NCBI GenBank assembly: GCA_035510605.1
Contig: DATKGW010000006.1
Coordinates: forward strand, 1 to 59,588
Length of the DNA: 59,588 nt
Origin: Patescibacteria group bacterium
GTDB taxonomy: Bacteria > Patescibacteriota > Saccharimonadia > Saccharimonadales > CAIOMD01
Direction: 5' to 3'
Shown here: piece by piece, positions 47,494-54,230 of the stretch
How positions within the stretch are numbered: position 1 is the stretch's first letter
Layout of the letters: each line of letters opens with the position of its first letter
Made by a program: the position numbers and the translations under genes
The notes under the pieces: generated by a model
Told to the model about the DNA's origin: nothing
What the model saw: the letters and a program-made list of their open reading frames with translations, nothing else
The model's database searches: none

Positions 47494-47973
47494 ATGCCTG
47501 TTATGAATACCGATTTGAAATCTCAAATTACATCTACAAGCTCAAGCAATACCGAGAGAATCGCAGCGCAAATCGGTAAAAACTTGCATGGCGGTGAAGT
47601 AATCGAACTGGTTAGTGACTTGGGTGGTGGCAAAACAGTGTTTGTTAAAGGCCTGGCCAGCGGTGCCGGTAGCAAAGATGATGTAACCAGCCCGACTTTT
47701 ACAATTTCTAAAATCTACAATTGCTCCAAATTTGCCATTCATCACTTTGATTTTTACCGTTTAAGTGACCCTGGCGTAGTAGCTTTGGAGCTTAAAGAAG
47801 TGATGCAAGACCCAAAGATTGTGGTAGCAATCGAATGGGCCAATATAGTCGACAATGTTTTACCGGCCGATCGCTTAAGAGTAGAGATTGCCCAAACCGG
47901 TAATGATAGCCGGATTTTAAAAATATGCTATCCGGCAAATTTGTCTTATCTTATAAAAGGGGTAAACGCATGA
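47494..47973 (+). CDS. tsaE: tRNA t6A37 biosynthesis ATPase TsaE
   Basis: GGEVIELVSDLGGGKTVFVKGLA, VTSPTFTI, HFDFYRL. Confidence 0.9.
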   Translation: MPVMNTDLKSQITSTSSSNTERIAAQIGKNLHGGEVIELVSDLGGGKTVFVKGLASGAGSKDDVTSPTFTISKIYNCSKFAIHHFDFYRLSDPGVVALELKEVMQDPKIVVAIEWANIVDNVLPADRLRVEIAQTGNDSRILKICYPANLSYLIKGVNA

Positions 47974-48362
47974 TTATCTTATCGATTCGAACCGATAAAC
48001 CAGAGGCTGAGATTGCTTTATTTAAAGATGATAAAAAAGTTGACGAGATTATCTGGGAAGCTCATCGTACGCTGGTTGAAACTATCCACTTGCGTATAAA
48101 AGAATTATTAAATACAAATTCTTTTGATTGGGCGGACATTCAAGGAATAGTTTGCTTTAAAGGACCGGGCAGTTTTACGGGCCTCCGGATTGGGCTAACG
48201 GTTGCCAATACATTGGCTTATGGCCTAAATGTTCCAATAGCCGGTTCGGTTGGTGCTAAATGGCAAGCCCGGGCTATAAATAATTTGCTGGCCGGCAAAA
48301 ATGAGGTAATTATAGTACCCGAATATGGCGGCGAAGCCAATATAACGCCGCCTAAGAAATAA
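47970..48362 (+). CDS. tsaB: TsaB-like protein (N-terminal domain only, 130 aa)
   Basis: MIILSIRTD..., GPGSFTGLRIGLTVANTLAY. ATGA overlap with tsaE. Confidence 0.75.
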   Translation: MIILSIRTDKPEAEIALFKDDKKVDEIIWEAHRTLVETIHLRIKELLNTNSFDWADIQGIVCFKGPGSFTGLRIGLTVANTLAYGLNVPIAGSVGAKWQARAINNLLAGKNEVIIVPEYGGEANITPPKK

Positions 48363-48373
48363 AAAGTATAAAA

Positions 48374-49141
48374 ATGCCGAATAATTATGACGTACTAATA
48401 TTCACTCTTATTGGCAGCATTGTCTCCCTGGTAGGTGGTTTTTTGCTGATTAGCCGTAAAAAGACTGCTTTAGGATTGGCAAAATATGCCACTCCTTTTG
48501 CTGCCGGTGGTCTGCTAGCCGCCGTGTTTATTGACCTTCTGCCGGAGGGTATTAAAACCGCCAAACCGGAAACTGTTTTTACCAGCACCATGATTGGGTT
48601 AATCGTTTTCTTTTTTCTGGAGAGGTTTTTGCGCTGGTTTCACCATCATCACGAACATGTTGGTGATGAAGATAAAAAGCAAACTTCAATACCTCTGATA
48701 ATCACTGGTAACACGCTTCATAATGCACTTGATGGCGTAGCTATTGCCTCGGCTTTCTTGATTAATTTTCAGGCAGGGGCGGTTACCACAATTGCAGTGG
48801 CGGCACATGAAATACCCCGGGAAATCGGGGATTTCGGGTTACTTTTGGCTAAAAAAATGAGCCGCCGTGGGGTTATTTGGGTGCATATTTTTAGCTCTTT
48901 GGCGACTATTTTGGCGGCTTTATTGGCCTTTAACTTGGGTGGGTTGGGTGATCTACCGATTGGTGTGTTGTTGGGGTTGAGCGCCGGTTTTATGCTATAC
49001 ATTGCTTCGTCGGACATTATTCCGACTATTCACGAAGAAACCCGGGATGACAATCTGCTTGATATCCGGCCGTTTTTGCTGCTTGTTGGAGCTGTGGTAG
49101 TCGGTTTGGCAATAATTATCGCCAAACATTTTGGCGGCTAA
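48374..49141 (+). CDS. ZIP family metal cation transporter (ZupT-like)
   Basis: His-rich loop HHHHEH, HNALDGVAIA, HEIPREIGDFGLL. Confidence 0.9.
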   Translation: MPNNYDVLIFTLIGSIVSLVGGFLLISRKKTALGLAKYATPFAAGGLLAAVFIDLLPEGIKTAKPETVFTSTMIGLIVFFFLERFLRWFHHHHEHVGDEDKKQTSIPLIITGNTLHNALDGVAIASAFLINFQAGAVTTIAVAAHEIPREIGDFGLLLAKKMSRRGVIWVHIFSSLATILAALLAFNLGGLGDLPIGVLLGLSAGFMLYIASSDIIPTIHEETRDDNLLDIRPFLLLVGAVVVGLAIIIAKHFGG

Positions 49142-49331
49142 AACCATCTTGTAAATAAATATTATTGTCAGCTTGGCATGATTAGCGGTATTATATTATT
49201 TAGGATTTGAAGTGAAGTTTTCGAAAATCCTTACCTGATAATTAAATTTTATTCGATACTCAGATAATTTTGATGCTAATGAAGTGAGAGTGATGCACCA
49301 AAAATATCTGCACCGATAGAAAGGAAGAGAT

Positions 49332-50846
49332 ATGGAAGTAATTGCCATCATTTTGGCTGTAGTTGGTATTGGAGCTGGTTTTGGAACCAGCCAAGTTGTT
49401 ATGCGCCGTAAAATCGGCTCGGCAGCAGACGAGGCCGAAAAGCAATTAGCCAAGGCCAATAAGGAGTCCACAGCTATTACTAGAAAGGCTCAGGAAGATG
49501 CTGCCAAAATTGCCGAAGACACGCGCAAAGAAGAACAACAGCATCGTCGTGAATTAAAAGAAACCGAAAGCCGTTTGCTCGACCGGGAAACTTCACTCGA
49601 TCGAAAGCTGGACGACTTGGATAACCGGAGTGAAAAATTACGTAAAAGCGAAGACGAAGTTGAAGAACTTAAGAATGAAATCCGTGAACTTCGCACCAAG
49701 CAGCAGGATAAGTTAGAAAAAGTTGCCAAGCTTACAAAAGCCGAAGCGGCCGACAAACTCATGCAAATGACGGAGCGTGACATAAAAAACGATTTAACAG
49801 GATTAATAGTTAAGTTACAAAGCGATGCCCAGGATTTGGCCGAAGAAACCGCCGGTACGATTATCGTTTCGGCGATGGAACGGATGGCCAGCGAAGTGGC
49901 TGCCGAGCGCACCGTAACTGCCGTTAAGCTCGAAGACGAAGAAATGAAGGGCCGCATAATCGGTAAAGAAGGTCGAAATATCCAGGCCTTACAACGTGCC
50001 ACCGGAGTTGATGTTTTGGTTGATGATACCCCTGGAATGATTGTGCTTTCCAGTTTTGATCCGGTCCGACGCGAGGTTGCCCGGGTGGCGCTGGAGATGC
50101 TGCTTAAAGACGGTCGGGTACATCCCGGACGTATCGAAGAGGTTGTCGAAAAAGCCCAAAAGCAAGTTCAAAAAGAAGTTGTCCAAGCCGGTGAAGACGC
50201 TGCCCGAGAAGTCGGTATCGTAGGAATCCCGCGCGAAATTCTGCAGTATCTGGGCGAGCTAAAATTCCGCACTAGTTATGGCCAAAACGTGCTCAAGCAT
50301 TCTACCGAAATGGCTCATATGGCCGGCATTATCGCCGAAGAATTAGGGGCAGATGTTAGAATCACTAAATATGCCGCCCTGATCCACGATATCGGCAAAG
50401 CCCTTAGCCATAAGATGGAAGGCAAGCATCATGTAATTTCCGGCGAAATGGCTCGTAAATACGGTGTGCCGGAAGAGGTTGCCCATGCCGCTGAAGCTCA
50501 CCACGAAGACATGGAAGCTACAACCGTAGAGGCTTTAATTATTCGGGTTGTAGATGCCATTAGCGCTGCTCGCCCAGGTGCCCGTAACATTAGCAGCGAG
50601 AACTTTGCCGAAAGAATGAAGGAGCTGGAAAACGTAGCCACCGGTTTTGACGGTATCGAAAAGGCTTACGCTATTAGTGCCGGCCGAGAAGTTCGTATTT
50701 TTGTTAAGCCCGGTGAAATCGATGATCTTAGCGCCATAAAGCTAGCCCGAGATATTGCTACCAAGATAGAATCTACCATGCAATACCCCGGCACGATTAA
50801 GGTAAACGTTATCCGTGAAACCCGCGCCATCGAATTCGCCAAGTAG
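49332..50846 (+). CDS. rny: ribonuclease Y
   Basis: N-terminal TM helix, coiled coil, KH motif GRIIGKEGRNIQAL, HD domain LIHDIGKA. Confidence 0.95.
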   Translation: MEVIAIILAVVGIGAGFGTSQVVMRRKIGSAADEAEKQLAKANKESTAITRKAQEDAAKIAEDTRKEEQQHRRELKETESRLLDRETSLDRKLDDLDNRSEKLRKSEDEVEELKNEIRELRTKQQDKLEKVAKLTKAEAADKLMQMTERDIKNDLTGLIVKLQSDAQDLAEETAGTIIVSAMERMASEVAAERTVTAVKLEDEEMKGRIIGKEGRNIQALQRATGVDVLVDDTPGMIVLSSFDPVRREVARVALEMLLKDGRVHPGRIEEVVEKAQKQVQKEVVQAGEDAAREVGIVGIPREILQYLGELKFRTSYGQNVLKHSTEMAHMAGIIAEELGADVRITKYAALIHDIGKALSHKMEGKHHVISGEMARKYGVPEEVAHAAEAHHEDMEATTVEALIIRVVDAISAARPGARNISSENFAERMKELENVATGFDGIEKAYAISAGREVRIFVKPGEIDDLSAIKLARDIATKIESTMQYPGTIKVNVIRETRAIEFAK

Positions 50847-50895
50847 AAAAATATAGCTAATTACCCCTTAATCTGTTACAATTATGCCGTTTTAA

Positions 50896-50928
50896 CGGGG
50901 TGTGGCGCAGTTGGCTAGCGTTTTGGGA
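50896..50928 (+). pseudogene. tRNA-Pro 5' fragment (acceptor and D arm, then an anticodon-loop-like UUUUGGGA)
   Basis: 50896-50920 is identical to the first 25 nt of tRNA-Pro(CGG) at 51860-51884. No 3' half follows. Confidence 0.75.
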
Positions 50929-50964
50929 TATTGCAATGGCACCCAAATCAAATATAATCAAGGA

Positions 50965-51336
50965 ATGCTTAAAACCTGTCGTTATTGTCATAAGCAATAC
51001 CCAGAAACGGACTTTGGTGTAGCGGTGACACTTCCTGAAAAAATATATCGTCGTCAAAAATGCCGATATTGTTACAGGAAAACCAAAAGACTACTAATAG
51101 ATCGTCATCGCAAATGGATTGAAGAATATAAACAATATGAACGTTGCGAAAAATGTGGGATAGCTGACTTTCGAGTGCTAGATTTTCATCATGACAGTCT
51201 TGAGAAAAAAGATTTTAACATATCTGATTTTCGCTACAGGGCAGGCTTTAAGAAACTAAAAGAAGAGGTGAAAAAGTGTTCGGTGCTTTGCGCAAACTGC
51301 CATAGGATTGTACACTACGAAGAGAGCAAGAAGTAA
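50965..51336 (+). CDS. Zn-ribbon + HNH endonuclease (apparently intact)
   Basis: CRYC...CRYC and CEKC...DFHH...N...CANCH motifs. The longer track ORF starts at a GTG inside the tRNA fragment, so the start is uncertain. Confidence 0.75.
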   Translation: MLKTCRYCHKQYPETDFGVAVTLPEKIYRRQKCRYCYRKTKRLLIDRHRKWIEEYKQYERCEKCGIADFRVLDFHHDSLEKKDFNISDFRYRAGFKKLKEEVKKCSVLCANCHRIVHYEESKK

Positions 51337-51349
51337 TACTTAAAAATCT

Positions 51350-51426
51350 CGGGGATTGGCGCAGTTGGCTAGCGCGCGCGCTTTGGGAGCGCGAGGTCGG
51401 AGGTTCGAGTCCTCTATCCCCGACCA
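51350..51426 (+). tRNA. tRNA-Pro(UGG)
   Basis: CGGGGAU UG GCGC AGUUGGCUA GCGC G CGCGC UUUGGGA GCGCG AGGUC GGAGG UUCGAGU CCUCU AUCCCCG A CCA. Confidence 0.9.
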
Positions 51427-51445
51427 CGTCGCAATAAACTAAAAC

Positions 51446-51473
51446 GCTCTGCAATCCAAAAGCAGAGCTTTTT
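51446..51473 (+). terminator. intrinsic terminator after tRNA-Pro(UGG)
   Basis: GCTCTGC pairs with GCAGAGC, followed by TTTTT. Confidence 0.65.
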
Positions 51474-51505
51474 AGTTGTTATGAGCTTACCGTTATTGTT
51501 TCTTT

Positions 51506-51543
51506 AAACTACTTAAACAGCTAAAGCTTGGTTTAAGTAGTTT
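51506..51543 (+). repeat. conserved hairpin motif, copy 1
   Basis: AAACTACTTAAAC-AGCTAAAGCTTG-GTTTAAGTAGTTT: a 13-bp stem and a T-run. Homologous to 52846-52883, with compensatory changes. Confidence 0.6.
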
Positions 51544-51605
51544 TGTTAAATTGCGGAGCTTGTCTCCGGTCTTTTTACGCTGTCAATTTGTGATATATTA
51601 CAGGC

Positions 51606-51818
51606 ATGAATACAATTTCAATCAACACGAGTTTGGCAGTCGCAATAGCCGCTGCCTTAATATTAGATCTAATATTAAGAGGCTTCGCTCTTTGGCGGGC
51701 CGCACATCGAAATGACAATGTGTGGTTTATTGTCTTATTGGTGGTCAACACCGTAGGCATATTGCCATTAATTTACTTGCTATTCTTTTCCAAACCACAA
51801 AAGAAATCAGCAAAATAA
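51606..51818 (+). CDS. small 2-TM membrane protein (DUF5652-like)
   Basis: LRGFALWRAAHRNDNVWFIVLLVVNTVGILPLIYLLFF. TGaTATATT lies 6 nt upstream of the ATG. Confidence 0.5.
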   Translation: MNTISINTSLAVAIAAALILDLILRGFALWRAAHRNDNVWFIVLLVVNTVGILPLIYLLFFSKPQKKSAK

Positions 51819-51859
51819 TCTAGTTTATTAGTACAATAAAGTATATCTGCATCCAATAA

Positions 51860-51936
51860 CGGGGTGTGGCGCAGTTGGCTAGCGCGCAGCGTTCGGGACG
51901 CTGAGGCCGGAGGTTCGAGTCCTCTCACCCCGACCA
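51860..51936 (+). tRNA. tRNA-Pro(CGG)
   Basis: CGGGGUG UG GCGC AGUUGGCUA GCGC G CAGCG UUCGGGA CGCUG AGGCC GGAGG UUCGAGU CCUCU CACCCCG A CCA. Confidence 0.9.
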
Positions 51937-51966
51937 TGTTTGCAGATTAGAGTATAATAATTACCT

Positions 51967-52656
51967 ATGAATGGAATGCTGTTCGCAGCATCAGGCACAG
52001 CCGCTCTACTACTTATAGGCGAATGGTTGTGGCGAAAAAAAATAACCAAAGGTGAAATAGCCCGTAAGTTTGTTCATATTACTGCGGCAACTTTCGCAGC
52101 TTTTTGGCCTTTGTTTATGAACCGTAATGACATCGTAATTCTAAGCCTTTTATTTGTTGCCGCACTTGTCGTTATCAAAAAATTACATATATTTAATTCG
52201 CTACACAGCGTACAGCGGGCAACTTACGGCGAGATATGGTATGCCATAAGTATAGGTGTAATCGCACTAGTGTTTAAGGATGATGTGATTTATGCCATTG
52301 CCATTTTGCATCTGGCTTTGGCAGATGGTTTTGCAGCAGTGATTGGGGCAGGATTAGCTAAAAGGGCCAGGAATTTTAGATTCAGAGGTTGCCGAAAAAG
52401 CATTGCCGGTACGCTTACTTTTTTAATAATTTCATTTGCGCTGAATTTAAGCTACTGGGCATTTGCTACTCACTATCCAATAAATAATAGTGGTATATAT
52501 TTATCACCTATTTTGTATAGTTTGTTATCTGCCGCCCTGCTGGCCGGTACGGAAATATCTGCGCCAAAGGGCAGTGATAATGTTATAGTGCCGCTACTGG
52601 CCGGTGGATTGCTGTGGATACCCACAGTTCTATTGGCTGCTAATGTAATTTTTTAG
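51967..52656 (+). CDS. polytopic membrane protein, CTP-dependent polyprenol/diacylglycerol kinase (dolichol kinase/CDS-like) family
   Basis: About 7 TM helices. KFVHITAATFA, YGEIWYAISIG, LADGFAAVIG...KSIAGTLTF. Confidence 0.4.
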   Translation: MNGMLFAASGTAALLLIGEWLWRKKITKGEIARKFVHITAATFAAFWPLFMNRNDIVILSLLFVAALVVIKKLHIFNSLHSVQRATYGEIWYAISIGVIALVFKDDVIYAIAILHLALADGFAAVIGAGLAKRARNFRFRGCRKSIAGTLTFLIISFALNLSYWAFATHYPINNSGIYLSPILYSLLSAALLAGTEISAPKGSDNVIVPLLAGGLLWIPTVLLAANVIF

Positions 52657-52694
52657 ATAAAATAATCGACCAATCAATAGTCGATTATTTTATT

Positions 52695-52772
52695 TGGGGC
52701 GAGCGATGAGGCTTGAACTCACGACCTCCTATTCCACAGATAGGCGCTCTGACCAACTGAGCTACGCCCGCC
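52695..52772 (-). tRNA. tRNA-His(GUG) with encoded G-1
   Basis: G GCGGGCG UA GCUC AGUUGGUCA GAGC G CCUAU CUGUGGA AUAGG AGGUC GUGAG UUCAAGC CUCAU CGCUCGC C CCA. Confidence 0.9.
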
Positions 52773-52845
52773 TTGTTGACGTTCACTATCGGCTAACGCA
52801 AGTTCGGTAAACTCTCTTGCTTACGCCTTTCGCTACGTCTTCTCT

Positions 52846-52883
52846 AAATCAATTAAACAACTAAAGTTTGGTTTAATTGATTT
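52846..52883 (+). repeat. conserved hairpin motif, copy 2
   Basis: AAATCAATTAAAC-AACTAAAGTTTG-GTTTAATTGATTT. Three stem pairs and one inner pair differ from copy 1 by double compensatory substitutions. Confidence 0.6.
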
Positions 52884-52907
52884 TATACACTGTTTTAGCA
52901 AAAGCTA

Positions 52908-52924
52908 TAACAGGGGTAATTATA
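52908..52924 (-). promoter_or_regulatory. TATAAT plus CCCC-discriminator motif (probable promoter of the tRNA-His transcript)
   Basis: The minus strand reads TATAATTACCCCTGTTA, matching 16 of 17 positions of the motif directly upstream of tRNA-Gly. Confidence 0.4.
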
Positions 52925-52943
52925 CTTGGTCATTATCGAAAAC

Positions 52944-52985
52944 TCAACCAAATGAAGTGGTACCCCGGGAAGGACTCGAACCTAC
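52944..52985 (-). repeat. displaced tRNA-Arg-like 3' fragment plus trailer (direct repeat of 53351-53392)
   Basis: The minus strand reads GTAGGTTCGAGTCCTTCCCGGGGTACCA followed by CTTCATTTGGTTGA. About 35 of 43 aligned positions match the T arm, acceptor, CCA and trailer of tRNA-Arg(UCU). Confidence 0.7.
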
Positions 52986-53323
52986 ACTACTATTATTTGT
53001 CACTAATCTATTGAAAGATCGTATTCGGTGACAATTAGAACAAACGACTTCACACTTAGCTATCTCACGATTTAAAGCATCCTTATTATACCTTCGTACA
53101 AATTCATTAATTAGACCCTCTTTATTATCCAGATGATCAAAGTCCATCACATAATGTGGGTATAGTTTTCCGCAATCGGTACACGGAGTTGACTCTTTTA
53201 TCTGCGACACATAGTGTCGCAATTTAGCTCTATTGATTCTATTTCTGTCTAAGTATCGCTACTTATTTTCTCTGTAATGTTTTTGCTGAACTCTAATTGT
53301 TTATTATGGTCTTTATAAGGCAT
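52944..53323 (-). pseudogene. HNH endonuclease paralog, frameshifted near its 5' end and read through into the tRNA fragment at its 3' end
   Basis: ATG 53323 gives MPYKDHNKQLEFSKNITEKISSDT then a stop. A shifted frame continues RYLDRNRINRAKLRHYV...CTDCG...DFDHLDN...CSNCHRIRS (the track ORF 52944..53222 starts at a TTG). The HNH motifs are intact. Confidence 0.65.
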
Positions 53324-53364
53324 AATTGGATTATAACAACAAATAGTAGTTCAAACCAATAAAG

Positions 53365-53441
53365 TGGTGCCCCGAGCAGGATTCGAACCTGCGACCTTGA
53401 GCTTAGAAGTCTCCTGCTCTATCCAGCTGAGCTATCGGGGC
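53365..53441 (-). tRNA. tRNA-Arg(UCU)
   Basis: GCCCCGA UA GCUC AGCUGGAUA GAGC A GGAGA CUUCUAA GCUCA AGGUC GCAGG UUCGAAU CCUGC UCGGGGC A CCA. The anticodon stem has mismatches at both ends (27-43 and 31-39). Confidence 0.8.
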
Positions 53442-53452
53442 TTACTATGACG

Positions 53453-53527
53453 TGGTGCGGGTGGGGAGAGTCGAACTCCCGTTTTCAACTTGGAAGGCTG
53501 ACATAATAGCCGTTATACGACACCCGC
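53453..53527 (-). tRNA. tRNA-Gly(UCC)
   Basis: GCGGGUG UCGUAUAACGGCUAUUAUG UCAGC CUUCCAA GUUGA AAAC GGGAG UUCGACU CUCCC CACCCGC A CCA. Very similar to E. coli tRNA-Gly(UCC). Confidence 0.88.
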
Positions 53528-53547
53528 TAACAGGGGCAATTATATCA
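53528..53547 (-). promoter_or_regulatory. extended -10 promoter with C-rich discriminator for the tRNA-Gly/tRNA-Arg transcript
   Basis: The minus strand reads TGaTATAATTGCCCCTGTTA, ending 1 nt before tRNA-Gly position 1. Confidence 0.5.
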
Positions 53548-53560
53548 CAATAAGGTGTAA

Positions 53561-54172
53561 TTATTCTTGTTCAACACTGAATATTCTGGGTTTTAGCATG
53601 ATTACCCTAAACAACAACGCAAATGAATATATGCAAATTGTATATAGGATGACAGACATTACAAGCCACAACCACGATGAAGGACTTTTTAAGGTAGTGA
53701 CAGATACAAAAAAATGTCTAGTAAGACTGATGTTAATAGACTTAATAAAAACAATTGTCCAAAAAATTAAACCAAAAATGCCAACTATCCGGACAGCAAT
53801 CTTTGTTAAAAAGGCGTTAATTTCATGTATTCGGCTACTGGGATTTTGATAATAATGGATTAATTCGACTTCGTCATCGGCACTTTTTATAGTTGCAATC
53901 ATGACCGAGACTAAGACGAACACTACACAGCCGATTATTATCCAAACAAAAAAATCAATGACATGAGGATTTATTTTATCCAGATTATTTTTAATAAACC
54001 TGCTAAATAAATTATCGGTGCCTTCGATATTATTTACCCAGTTCAACGTATTACCGGATGCTAACAACCAAAATCTTTTTGCGTTTAGCGCAATCAAAAC
54101 AAACAAACCAAGCGCTGTAAATAATATGATTTCAATCCAGCTTGGTACCAATAATTTATAATATTGTTTCAT
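53561..54172 (-). CDS. membrane protein (about 5 TM)
   Basis: Hydrophobic ORF. No domain recognised. Confidence 0.45.
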   Translation of the reverse strand: MKQYYKLLVPSWIEIILFTALGLFVLIALNAKRFWLLASGNTLNWVNNIEGTDNLFSRFIKNNLDKINPHVIDFFVWIIIGCVVFVLVSVMIATIKSADDEVELIHYYQNPSSRIHEINAFLTKIAVRIVGIFGLIFWTIVFIKSINISLTRHFFVSVTTLKSPSSWLWLVMSVILYTICIYSFALLFRVIMLKPRIFSVEQE

Positions 54173-54230
54173 GGAGTTTTAACTAGATACTAGCTGCAGT
54201 TTTTTATAAACACAAGTTTTTGAGAATATA

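Noticed and set aside
47244-47579. 111-aa + strand ORF filling the gap between the PRC-barrel gene and tsaE.
   Set aside because: It overlaps the start regions of both neighbours (by 86 nt with tsaE), and its 5' part is antisense to the PRC-barrel gene. A shorter single-TM peptide could be real but cannot be supported from sequence alone.
50921-50947. The hairpin TTTGGG...CCCAAA after the tRNA-Pro fragment as a remnant P1 of a second group I intron.
   Set aside because: No group I core elements (P3-P9, G-binding site) are detectable anywhere between 50929 and 51349, and no 3' exon follows.
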